NCBI GenBank assembly: GCA_038858525.1 | Contig: JAWCFL010000003.1 | Coordinates: 45,491-77,490, forward strand | Direction: 5' to 3' | Source of the DNA: Candidatus Jordarchaeales archaeon | GTDB taxonomy: Archaea; Asgardarchaeota; Jordiarchaeia; Jordiarchaeales; Freyrarchaeaceae | Length of the DNA stretch: 32,000 nt | Part shown: positions 1-8,594 of the stretch, one piece after another | Layout: each line of letters begins with the position of its first letter | How positions within the stretch are numbered: the first letter of the stretch is position 1 | The notes under the pieces: model-generated | Told to the model about the DNA's origin: nothing | Databases searched by the model: none | What the model saw: the letters and a program-made list of their open reading frames with translations, nothing else | Position numbers and translations under genes: made by a program

Positions 1-529
1 ACCTTACCAGTACCGGTGCGGGGGGAGCTGAGGAGGCGGATGAGGGAAGAAACTTTTCCTTATCCTTCCCCTTGCCGAAGCTATGCCCCCCATCCAGAAT
101 GAAACCTCCTCTCTCAAAGGCTGCAACACCAATACCGGATGTTCCCCCCCTTCCCGTAATCGACGCGAGGCGCCTTACGTCGCAATTTAATCCAAAAAGG
201 GAGGATACAGCCTTAGCAACGGCAAGCGAAAGCTGAGTCTTGGAGCCCAAGCCAACATGCTCCGGAATGGCTTCCAGAACTTCCACTCTGACCCCTGATT
301 CTATATTGAACGCCTCGACGACTTTTCTGAGCACAGCTTCAGCGGAGTCTTTCCTTAGGCCATAAACTTCTTGCCTGTCAGAGAGAGAGGCTTTCACAAC
401 AACGTTGGGCCTATCTATAGCCACACCTATTCCGCCGTCCACCCTGCTGAGAGAGCCATTTAAGTCGATAAGCGTGAAGTGGAGGCGGGCCGGCGTCTTC
501 ACGTACACTTCCTTCAACCAAACCACCAT
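1..529 (-). CDS. mptG: beta-ribofuranosylaminobenzene 5'-phosphate (RFAP) synthase, GHMP-kinase family; 3' end runs off the window
   Basis: Not in the ORF track. Manual translation from ATG 529 (GTG 532 is in frame): MVVWLKEVYVKTPARLHFTLIDLNGSLSRVDGGIGVAIDRPNV...IPEHVGLGSKTQL...GRGGTSGIGVAAFERGGFILDGGHSFGKGKDKEKFLPSSASSAPPAPVLVR. These are typical RFAP synthase motifs. Confidence 0.9.
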   Translation of the reverse strand, partial: MVVWLKEVYVKTPARLHFTLIDLNGSLSRVDGGIGVAIDRPNVVVKASLSDRQEVYGLRKDSAEAVLRKVVEAFNIESGVRVEVLEAIPEHVGLGSKTQLSLAVAKAVSSLFGLNCDVRRLASITGRGGTSGIGVAAFERGGFILDGGHSFGKGKDKEKFLPSSASSAPPAPVLVR

Positions 530-948
530 CACGATAAAATTTAACAAAGTTTACTTAACTACATATCAATTTTCAAAGTTACACTTCAAGCCTAAAAAAA
601 AGAAGGACAAACCTAGGATATAAGAGTTTTCGTCAGCTAGCAAAGAAACAACTTCACCAATAAACTTCAGGCTCGCAGACACATCTTTCACTAGAGGCAG
701 CTACAGGCCAGAGTTTCGGCAGATTACTAGATTATAACAAGAAGATACATTAATTACCACTCAAAATATAATAACCGTGTCCCGACCTCGAATCAATCGG
801 CACCTTTTACGATACATTACTCCGATCCCTTCCCCTAACACGTAATCCTCGCCTCTTCGCTATTTAGATTATACAACGCCCGAAAAGGCACTAAACCTGA
901 AGGCACATCAATCCTTCCGCCTTTTCACGTTACATGGACCAACGAAAA

Positions 949-980
949 TTGTTTAAGAGCTACGTTGTTTAAGAGCCACG
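949..980. repeat. Tandem 16-bp direct repeat, two copies with one mismatch
   Basis: TTGTTTAAGAGCTACG (949-964) is followed by TTGTTTAAGAGCCACG (965-980). Each copy contains a TATA-like TTTAAG. Confidence 0.85.
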
Positions 981-1782
981 CGGTAGCCAAGACAAAAATT
1001 AATTTAAGAACTAGAAAGTACACTTGACTCATCATACCGCCAGGCAAAATTTTTATGAGAAAAATAGTCGAGTGCTTACCAAATTACTGAGCATACAGAT
1101 ACATGTATTTTTAATGTTTTCTTAAGTTTGAAAAAGGTATAGATGTCTATACAAGGCACTTATTCTGACAGCCCACTTATATGAGGCTCTTCAAATTCTG
1201 TCTTTTACATGCAGGATGACATGGAGAGTGTTTTGCGAGGGCTTTTCTTCACATTGGTAAGCATTAGCATACTGATTAGTTGTTGGAGGCATTACGGTCG
1301 TAACAGTAACTGAAAACACATGAAGGAGACTCATTGACGAATACAAGGCATAGATAACAAGCCTCACTTACAGGTTAGCCATAACAGCCTATCGCTCAAA
1401 TGACAAAACAAGCATCATGGTCACGTCAACCTCAAGCATATTGAAAAGGCAATTTCAGCCTGCGGCAAAGCCAGTAATAAATCAAGAGCGCAATGGAAGA
1501 AGAATTAGAGAAAAAACCTAAAGCCATGTAGCTCGTAGAAAAGTCAGCGGAACTTAAATCACCAGCACGAGTATAAGAGGTCTACAAATAGCAGAGTAAC
1601 ACATCAACAGCACATGTGGAGACGAGGAAGATGCAAAAGCATGTATGAACACGCCTATTGAATCTGTGTCATCCTTAAGTTGCCAATGAAAACTTAAAGG
1701 CTGAAACGGAAGAGGTAGTGAAAGGTTAACTGTTCGGCGACAGAGAACTTACTAGTAATTTAAAGGTGAAAAATGGAATAAA

Positions 1783-1906
1783 TGGTGCGACCGCCGGGAT
1801 TTGAATTCCCTGGCCACCTTTATGTGGCCTCCCGGGTCACAGGCTTGGGGGGCCTGGGTCCTAGACCATTCTAGAGCCCCACGAGGGTTGGCTAGACCAC
1901 GGTCGC
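1783..1906 (-). tRNA. tRNA-Gly(CCC) with two non-canonical introns (17/17a and 53/54); CCA encoded
   Basis: Acceptor stem GCGACCG/CGGTCGC, A73, CCA. Removing 1869-1889 (21 nt; BHB central helix CTAG/CTAG) and 1806-1830 (25 nt; inner helix GGCCAC/GTGGCC) gives a 78-nt cloverleaf with D loop AGCCTGGTCTA, anticodon stem CAGGC/GCCTG and T arm CCGGG-TTCAAAT-CCCGG. Confidence 0.93.
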
Positions 1907-1932
1907 TCAGTATTAGAGGTTGGACGCTCACC

Positions 1933-1946
1933 TTTAAAAATTTTCG
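1933..1946 (-). promoter_or_regulatory. BRE/TATA promoter of tRNA-Gly
   Basis: Minus-strand CGAAAA-TTTTTAAA ends 27 nt upstream of the mature 5' end. Confidence 0.7.
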
Positions 1947-1996
1947 ATGTTATGTTTGTGGTTGAACTTGTTGTTTAGTGTTGGAGGGTTTTCGTT

Positions 1997-3013
1997 TTGA
2001 GGGTTCTTCCAGTGGGTAAGGTTCCTGTTGACGTTTTAGAGAAGGTTGTTTTTCCACGTGTTGGAGCTAGGAGTGAGCGGGTTATCCTTGGCCCTGCTGT
2101 TGGAGAGGATGCTGCTGTAATTGATGCGGGGGATAAGTTTCTTGTCGTTTCTTCTGACCCAATAACGGGTGCAAGTAGGGATGTTGGGTGGTATGCGGTT
2201 CACGTTAATGCCAATGATGTTGCTGTTAGGGGGGCTAGGCCGCTGTTCTTGACTTTGACTGTGCTTCTTCCGAGGGGGGCGAATGAGGAGCTTTTGGAGG
2301 AGGTGATAAAGGGGGCGGATTCCGCTGCTAGGGAGCTTGGTGTATCGATAGTTGGTGGTCACACCGAGGTTACTCCGTTTTTGGATCATCCGGTGGTTTG
2401 TGGTACGATGATAGGGGAGGTTGAGAAGGAGAAGCTTGTAACCACAGGTGGTGCTAAACCGGGGAATTTGATTGTTGCCACCAAGCATGCAGGGCTTGAG
2501 GGGGCTTCGATCTTGGCATGGGAGCGATACGGGGAGCTAGTTGACGTCGTTGGAAAAGAGGCGCTTGACAGGGCTAAGAGGTTCTCTGAGGAGCTGAGTG
2601 TTGCGCGTGAGGCGCTAGCCCTTAATGAGAAGTGTAGAGTTATGGCTATGCATGACCCAACGGAGGGAGGAGTTATTGGGGGTTTGATTGAGCTGGCCAT
2701 AGCCTCAAAAGCAGGTTTTTGTGTTGAGGTGAAAAACATCCCCGTCTCTGAGGAGACAAGGAAAATTTGTGAGGCGCTGTCAGTCAACCCTCTTAGGCTA
2801 ATATCTAGTGGAGTGCTGCTGGCGGCCATTGAGAGAGAAGATGTTGAGGTGGCAGCTGAGGTGCTCAATGGTTTAGGTGTGCGGTGGAGTATAATAGGCG
2901 AGGTTACTGAAAGAGGTAAAATAGTAATAGGGGAGCAGGGGGCTGTAGAGGTTGGTGGCGAAATTGTTGAAGAGTTATGGGAGGCGCTCAGGAGGCCTGT
3001 TGTGCGGCGTTAA
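1997..3013 (+). CDS. AIR synthase (PurM)-like family protein, HypE/ThiL-related
   Basis: 338 aa; motifs GEDAAVI, SSDPITG, HVNANDVAVRGARP, GGHTEVT, HDPTEGG. TTG start preceded by GGAGGG. Confidence 0.85.
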   Translation: MRVLPVGKVPVDVLEKVVFPRVGARSERVILGPAVGEDAAVIDAGDKFLVVSSDPITGASRDVGWYAVHVNANDVAVRGARPLFLTLTVLLPRGANEELLEEVIKGADSAARELGVSIVGGHTEVTPFLDHPVVCGTMIGEVEKEKLVTTGGAKPGNLIVATKHAGLEGASILAWERYGELVDVVGKEALDRAKRFSEELSVAREALALNEKCRVMAMHDPTEGGVIGGLIELAIASKAGFCVEVKNIPVSEETRKICEALSVNPLRLISSGVLLAAIEREDVEVAAEVLNGLGVRWSIIGEVTERGKIVIGEQGAVEVGGEIVEELWEALRRPVVRR

Positions 3014-3083
3014 GCTGTGAACGGAGAATTTTTATTTCTGAAGGGAGAGGTGGATGAGTTAGTAGAGGAGTGAAGGGATTTTC

Positions 3084-3944
3084 ATGAAAGTTAAGGTTAG
3101 CGGAGAAACCATGAAGCTGTGGGAAGAATTTGTGACGCCCTTCCTGCCCAAGGAACACTTCCTCTATAAGCCTTATACCGAGTACACGTTTAGAGGCGTC
3201 GAGAGAGGAAACGAAATAGTGGAGCTTTTTAATTATGTGAAGATCCCGGTTGGAGGAAAACTGGCGCTTGACCTAGGGCTTGGTTCGGGCGGAATATCGA
3301 TAGCTTTCTCCATGAGGGGGGCGAAGGTTGTAGGCATAGATGTGGAGAAGCACTACCCTAGGATAGCACACTCTTGGGCGAGAGATAACAACGTGGAGTT
3401 AGATGCCATATTGGCGAGCGGAGCGAGCCTGCCCTTCAAGGACGAAGCGTTCGACATCATAATATGCAATGACGTAATAGAGCACGTGAAAGAGGCGGAG
3501 AAATGCTCTGAGGAAATAAGTAGAGCTCTTAAGTGTGGTGGCGCCCTCTACATAACATGTCCTAATAGGATTGCGCCTTTAATAGTTGCGAGGGATGGAC
3601 ATTATGGTCTTCCTCTCCAATCGCTCATGCCGAAGAAGTTGGCTGATGCTTACGTTAGAGCGGCGAGACGAGCAGTACATGACAACGTTCCCTACCAGCC
3701 AACGTTTACAGGGCTGGTAGAGCGCTTCAGGAAGCTTGGAATAAAGTTATACTCGGTCGAGTTAAGCATGCAGCTTAAATCGTTCTTCGAGCCACGAAGC
3801 CAAAAACTATTCTCAAGAATTAAGAGGGTCATCGCCAGATACTTTCCCGGAGCAGTGGAAATTTACTCGAAGCACTTTTTCTTGAAATGGTTCACTCCTC
3901 TTTGGAGGTTTATAGGAATAAAGAAAGGCAAAAAACAGAATTAA
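3084..3944 (+). CDS. Class I SAM-dependent methyltransferase
   Basis: 286 aa; motif I LDLGLGSGG, VVGIDVE, SLPFKDEAFDIIICNDVIEHV, LYITCPN. Substrate unknown. Confidence 0.85.
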   Translation: MKVKVSGETMKLWEEFVTPFLPKEHFLYKPYTEYTFRGVERGNEIVELFNYVKIPVGGKLALDLGLGSGGISIAFSMRGAKVVGIDVEKHYPRIAHSWARDNNVELDAILASGASLPFKDEAFDIIICNDVIEHVKEAEKCSEEISRALKCGGALYITCPNRIAPLIVARDGHYGLPLQSLMPKKLADAYVRAARRAVHDNVPYQPTFTGLVERFRKLGIKLYSVELSMQLKSFFEPRSQKLFSRIKRVIARYFPGAVEIYSKHFFLKWFTPLWRFIGIKKGKKQN

Positions 3945-3957
3945 AAGGAAAGGATGA

Positions 3958-4092
3958 TGGACCCCGCGGGATTTACTCAACCTTTTTTCTGGGTTTTTGA
4001 ATTCGCGGCCCTCTTCAGGGCACCCGCGGCCTCCCGGGTGCAAACCGGGTGCTCATGGCGCCACAGGCTCTACCAGGCTGAGCTAGGGGCCC
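3958..4092 (-). tRNA. tRNA-Ala(TGC) with three non-canonical introns (22/23, 53/54, 58/59); CCA not encoded
   Basis: Acceptor GGGCCCC/GGGGTCC carries the G3:U70 alanine determinant; A73; anticodon arm CCCGG-TT-TGC-AC-CCGGG. Introns: 4054-4069 (16 nt, central helix TGGT/GCCA), 4002-4022 (21 nt, CGCG/CGCG) and 3973-3996 (24 nt, GTTC/GAGT). The spliced product is 74 nt. Confidence 0.95.
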
Positions 4093-4118
4093 TCATTTAA
4101 TTCAAACTACTTATGCCA

Positions 4119-4132
4119 TTTTAAATGTTTTC
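4119..4132 (-). promoter_or_regulatory. BRE/TATA promoter of tRNA-Ala
   Basis: Minus-strand GAAAACA-TTTAAAA ends 27 nt upstream of the mature 5' end. Confidence 0.65.
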
Positions 4133-4170
4133 TCCCTCATTCTTGATGTATTATCTACGTATTACTATCT

Positions 4171-5691
4171 GTGAAAAGAGAGGTTATGGAAGTTTTAATC
4201 ATGCAACCAGCATTTGGGGAGATTAGCGTTTCCGATTTTTTCTATAGGCATAGGGAGCTAGCAGGCTTCTCTAACCCGTCTCGCGCAACTTACATGGTTA
4301 TTCGTGAAGCCGTGGAGAATAGTCTGGATGCTTGTGAGGAGGCAGGCATCCTTCCAAACATTAAGGTTTCATTGAGCTACACAGGGGATGAGTTGTGCCA
4401 CTTGAGGGTTGAAGATAATGGGCCTGGAGTACCGCCGAGCGAGGTTCCTTTCGCTTTCGGCAAGTTTCTTTATGGCTCTAAATTCGGGGTTAGGCAGAGT
4501 AGGGGTGTCTTTGGGCTTGGGATCACGATGGCCCTCCTTTACAGCCAGGTTACGTCGGGTAGGCCAGCAAGGATCATCGTGAGTAATGGAGGAGACATTT
4601 TCGAGGTTAAGCTCAGAATTGACATCGAGAAAAACATGCCATTAGTTGAGGGGAAGAAGCGTCTCGCAAACATGGAGGAGTGGCATGGCTCCATCGTTGA
4701 ACTCTACTTTAAGGGGGATTATCCTAGGGCTGAGAAGAGGATCATGGAGTACTTTAAGCTGACGAGCATAGCTTCGCCGCATGCCGAGATAGCGTTCACG
4801 GATCCGGCGGGCGACCAACATTTGTTTAGGAGAAGTGTGGAGAAGGCACCTAAACAGCCAGTGGAGACGCTGCCCCATCCTCATGGGGTGGATGCTGAGA
4901 TGCTAAGGAGACTCCTAAAAAGGAGTGAGGGGAAAAGTCTTCTTTCCTTCATGGTTAAGAGCTTTCAGAGAGTCGGGTATGCCACCGCCAGGAAGTTTCT
5001 TGAGTCTGCCGGGTTTAGTCCACACCAGCCTACTTCGACGCTCACGAACGACGATGTGTTGGAGTTACTGGATGCTATGAGAAAGTATAGTTTTCCTCCA
5101 CCAGACGCTAGATGCCTTTCCCCTATAGGGGAGGACGCTTTAAGAGACGCTATTATGAGGATTTTCGAGCCGGAGTTTGTGGCGGTGTGTGAGAGGCCGC
5201 CGTCCGTGTATCTTGGGCACCCATTCATAGTGGAGGTAGCGGTGGCGTATGGATGTAAGGGAATTGAGGGAGAAATTGTCCTTTACAGGTTTGCTAATAG
5301 GGTCCCCCTTATTTATGATGCTCATAGCGATGTTTCCATGAACGTTTTGAGGAGGTTTAACTGGGGAAGTTATCTGCATGTTCGTCCACAGGCAACAGCG
5401 GTTTTCACTCATATATGCTCAACGAGAATACCATTCAAAACTGCGGGTAAGGAGTGCATCGCTGACCCACCTGAAGTCGAAAGGGAAATAGAGTTAGCCC
5501 TAAAGGAGTGTTGCAGACGCTTAAAAACGCACTTAACTGGAAGAGTAAGCGTGGAGGAGCGAGGGAGGAGGTTTAACGCATACAAAAAATACCTTCCCAA
5601 GATTGCACAGTTTGCCTCTGAGTTGGCTGGCAGAAAAAATGCGCCTAACGTATCTCTCATTCTTGAGCGGATCCTGGAGGGGAAAAATTGA
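4171..5691 (+). CDS. top6B: DNA topoisomerase VI subunit B
   Basis: EISVSDFFYRHRELAGFSNP; GHKL motifs ENSLDAC, DNGPG, QSRGVFGLG; H2TH region; RFANRVPL; FKTAGKECIA. The true start may be ATG 4186 or 4201. Confidence 0.96.
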   Translation: MKREVMEVLIMQPAFGEISVSDFFYRHRELAGFSNPSRATYMVIREAVENSLDACEEAGILPNIKVSLSYTGDELCHLRVEDNGPGVPPSEVPFAFGKFLYGSKFGVRQSRGVFGLGITMALLYSQVTSGRPARIIVSNGGDIFEVKLRIDIEKNMPLVEGKKRLANMEEWHGSIVELYFKGDYPRAEKRIMEYFKLTSIASPHAEIAFTDPAGDQHLFRRSVEKAPKQPVETLPHPHGVDAEMLRRLLKRSEGKSLLSFMVKSFQRVGYATARKFLESAGFSPHQPTSTLTNDDVLELLDAMRKYSFPPPDARCLSPIGEDALRDAIMRIFEPEFVAVCERPPSVYLGHPFIVEVAVAYGCKGIEGEIVLYRFANRVPLIYDAHSDVSMNVLRRFNWGSYLHVRPQATAVFTHICSTRIPFKTAGKECIADPPEVEREIELALKECCRRLKTHLTGRVSVEERGRRFNAYKKYLPKIAQFASELAGRKNAPNVSLILERILEGKN

Positions 5692-6731
5692 GGGATGTTT
5701 TAGTTAAACTGGAGGCGCTTGGGGAATCAATTTGCGTCCAGCTTGAAAACGGGGAGCTACCGTTTATAGACATACCGAGCAGAACAACTTCAAACATAAT
5801 CTACGACAAGGCAGAGGGAAGATTCGTTCTCGGTGAAGCGAGAACTAGGAGGACGACTTCAAACGTGAAGCATCTTCGTGCATTCACACAGACAGTTTGG
5901 ATGGCCTACATGGCTAAGAGGCTCATAGAAGAGGGGAAGAGCACAACTCTAAGGGACCTATACTATATGGCTGAGTCCTACGGTGTGAAGTTCAAGGACC
6001 AACAAGAGTCTGACAGTATAATAGCGGACCTTGAAGCCCTCCTCGGAGTGCCGAGAGAACAACTGCGAATATTTCCCGAGGAGAGAGCCACAGTCTACGG
6101 CGACCTCACAATAAAATATAACGTTCAAGGATACGAAAAGACGACGCTCAACCTGACCGCAAGCCCTGACGGAGTGGCAATAGGTCCGGCGCTAGCGGGA
6201 GCAGAGTTCCAAAATTGCGGAGCCGAAAGGGTGATCATGGTTGAAAGCGGAGGAATGTTCACTCGCCTAATAGAGGAAAGGGCACATGAAAAGTTTAAAG
6301 CGTTACTGATACACACAGCCGGACAAGCCCCCCGCCTAGCTAGACAATTCGCCTATAGACTGAGAAGGGAGCTAGGGTTGCCAGTATACGTCTTTACGGA
6401 CGGAGACCCATGGGGGGCGCACATAGCAATGGTGGTAATCAGCGGCTCGGCAAATGCGGCCCACGTGGATAGCATAGTAATACCGGACGCCAAATGGATA
6501 GGCGTGCTTCCTACAGATATAGAAGAATACAAGCTTCCTTTCGAAAAGTTCAACGAAAAAGACTGGAAGAGGCTGCACGACCTTATGGCTGACCCAAGAT
6601 ACCAGTCTCCATTCTGGAGGGAACAACTTAAAAGGTTCGAGGAAGAGGGAAGAAAATCTGAGCAACAAGCCTTAAGCATACATGGATTAAGCTATGTAAC
6701 CGAAAAGTACCTTCCAGAGAAATTTGCCTAA
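5688..6731 (+). CDS. top6A: DNA topoisomerase VI subunit A (Spo11 homolog)
   Basis: TLRDLYY containing the catalytic Tyr; TOPRIM motifs VESGGMF and FTDGDPWG; KSEQQAL. Overlaps top6B by 4 nt. Confidence 0.96.
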   Translation: MRDVLVKLEALGESICVQLENGELPFIDIPSRTTSNIIYDKAEGRFVLGEARTRRTTSNVKHLRAFTQTVWMAYMAKRLIEEGKSTTLRDLYYMAESYGVKFKDQQESDSIIADLEALLGVPREQLRIFPEERATVYGDLTIKYNVQGYEKTTLNLTASPDGVAIGPALAGAEFQNCGAERVIMVESGGMFTRLIEERAHEKFKALLIHTAGQAPRLARQFAYRLRRELGLPVYVFTDGDPWGAHIAMVVISGSANAAHVDSIVIPDAKWIGVLPTDIEEYKLPFEKFNEKDWKRLHDLMADPRYQSPFWREQLKRFEEEGRKSEQQALSIHGLSYVTEKYLPEKFA

Positions 6732-7924
6732 GTCTTTAGGCTTCTGAGTAGTATCGTGAGAGAGAGAGCCGCCGTCAGTTGGCATGCGACGCAGAAGGAG
6801 ACCACAAGCCAAGGACCAATTCCCGCTCCTAGGTCGTACATGAATCCCATTGTGAAGCCGCCAATAAGCCAGGCTAATCCGTAAATGGTGTTGAAGACTC
6901 CGTAAGCTGTTGCTCGCATCTCTAATGGGGACATGTCGGCTACCACAGATCTGTAAATGGACTCCTGAGCCCCCATTCCAACACCATACATGAGAATTGC
7001 TATCGAAAGTAGCACAACATCGTTTTTAACTGAAAAAACTGCTGGTAACGCTGATACCAGTATTATTAGCCAGAAAACTTTCATTTTGAATCGATCGTAG
7101 GCAAAGCCCAACGCGACTGCCGTCAAAGCGTCGATTCCCATTGCTGCAGCGAAGAGCAGGGGGACAAGCCAAGGCGCAATAATGCCTCCAGCTCTGTAAG
7201 CTATAAGGGAATAGTGTAAAAAGCCAACCACGCTGAGCGCGGCAACAAGGTTATACGTCCAGAAGCGTTTATCCAACTTCCTGAGGGAGACTTTGAACGT
7301 TACATGGCGGTCCTCCGCACTAACGTAGCCGCGAAGCCTAACGTAGGCTACGTAAAGCATCATTAAAGCGGCTAAAGCGGGTATAACTAATATTGAAAAT
7401 GAAAAACGAAGGTTGTTCATTGAAAAAAACATCACAGCTGAGACCAATATTGGGCCTAAAACCGCGCCAACTTGGTCTAGTAACTCGTGGAAGCCGAACG
7501 CCTTCCCAGTACCTATATCTTTAGCGACCAGTGATATAGCGGTATCTCTTGATGGGGCCCTCACTGCCTTCCCAAGCCTTTCAGCGAAAACAAGCAAGGC
7601 CGCAAGCTCCCATCCTCGAGCGAGGGCTAAAGCAGGTATGAAAAGGATGAAACTGTAGCCTAAAGCGAGGAAAAACCAGTATTTGCCGCTGTAATCGGCC
7701 AGAAAACCGCTGGGAAAACGCAGAGCGTACCCGATAAGTTCTCCTAAACCAGTAATTAGCCCGACAATCGCGGCGGAGGCGCCCAGGACCCTCAAGAACT
7801 CGGGTATAGCGCTTCTTCCACCTTCATAAACAATATCCGCTAGAAGACTAACAATCCCGAAGAGGATAACTCCATAATACCCAATCCGCCGCGTTCTCCT
7901 ATCAGCCAACAAGTTAGCCTCCAT
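6728..7924 (-). CDS. Major facilitator superfamily transporter
   Basis: 398 aa, highly hydrophobic; SGFLADYSGK loop motif, ERLGKAVRAPSRD, GFAYDRF, RATAYGVF. Confidence 0.9.
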   Translation of the reverse strand: MEANLLADRRTRRIGYYGVILFGIVSLLADIVYEGGRSAIPEFLRVLGASAAIVGLITGLGELIGYALRFPSGFLADYSGKYWFFLALGYSFILFIPALALARGWELAALLVFAERLGKAVRAPSRDTAISLVAKDIGTGKAFGFHELLDQVGAVLGPILVSAVMFFSMNNLRFSFSILVIPALAALMMLYVAYVRLRGYVSAEDRHVTFKVSLRKLDKRFWTYNLVAALSVVGFLHYSLIAYRAGGIIAPWLVPLLFAAAMGIDALTAVALGFAYDRFKMKVFWLIILVSALPAVFSVKNDVVLLSIAILMYGVGMGAQESIYRSVVADMSPLEMRATAYGVFNTIYGLAWLIGGFTMGFMYDLGAGIGPWLVVSFCVACQLTAALSLTILLRSLKT

Positions 7925-8154
7925 TTGTCTCTTAAAAATGAAAAGAGACGTTTGAGGAATGAAAATCCCTTAATTGGGTTTTTTAAGTGTTTCGATCCAC
8001 TTTCTGTTAAGCTACCCAAGATGAAAACCTGTAAAAACACTGGGCAAATTCATAATGTAGCCAACGAGCAACTTGAAGGCGGCGGCTTCGAAAAATGAAA
8101 ATATATCGTAATACTTAAAAAAGACGGAAGCGTTCACCTTAAAATAGTGAAGCC

Positions 8155-8260
8155 GGGCGGGTAGTCTAGCGGTTATGACTCCCTGATGGAAGTTTTTCAG
8201 GGGCAAGAAGCCGCCCTCACACGGCGGAGGCCCCAGGTTCAAATCCTGGCCCGCCCACCA
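8155..8260 (+). tRNA. tRNA-Val(CAC) with one non-canonical intron (25/26); CCA encoded
   Basis: Acceptor GGGCGGG/CCCGCCC, A73, CCA; anticodon arm CCGCC-CT-CAC-AC-GGCGG; T arm CCAGG-TTCAAAT-CCTGG. A 30-nt insert (8180-8209) has inner helix CCCTGA/TCAGGG and a relaxed BHB. Confidence 0.95.
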
Positions 8261-8270
8261 CGCACTTCTC

Positions 8271-8579
8271 TTACTTCACATTGACGTTTTGTCTTTCCTG
8301 TTGAAGTGGTTGTTGCCCTAGTCCTGTTGGTTTCCAGCGGGAGCCGTCTTCGTGGTTGCAGGTGACTATTTTCTCCTTTTCCATTATCTTGAGGTGTCTT
8401 AGAACAGCGTTGTAGCTTACGCTAAGTTCTTCCGCTATTTCTCTAGCTGTTTTTGGGCTTGTCATTATGGCTTGTATGATCCTGCTTCTTGTGGATACGC
8501 CTTGTTGGACGTTTCTTTTCGTCCTGAGCACTGCTTGCGGCGTGTGGGGGATTTTCCTCCACTTAGCTATTCGCGTCAT
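8271..8579 (-). CDS. Small winged helix-turn-helix protein
   Basis: 102 aa; KTAREIAEELSVSYNAVLRHLKIMEKEKIV wHTH core. Starts 15 nt after the DP2 stop. Confidence 0.8.
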   Translation of the reverse strand: MTRIAKWRKIPHTPQAVLRTKRNVQQGVSTRSRIIQAIMTSPKTAREIAEELSVSYNAVLRHLKIMEKEKIVTCNHEDGSRWKPTGLGQQPLQQERQNVNVK

Positions 8580-8594
8580 GCTTCATCAATTTAA

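Noticed and set aside
86-91. Apparent frameshift in the RFAP synthase at a G run
   Set aside because: Recounting gives six G (GAT GGG GGG CAT), so the frame is intact: DGGHSF.
405-623. 72-aa plus-strand ORF
   Set aside because: Antisense to the RFAP synthase 5' end and its promoter.
3084-3957. Methyltransferase at the tRNA-Ala 3' end as an integrated element
   Set aside because: No integrase, no duplicated tRNA 3' segment and no obvious compositional break.
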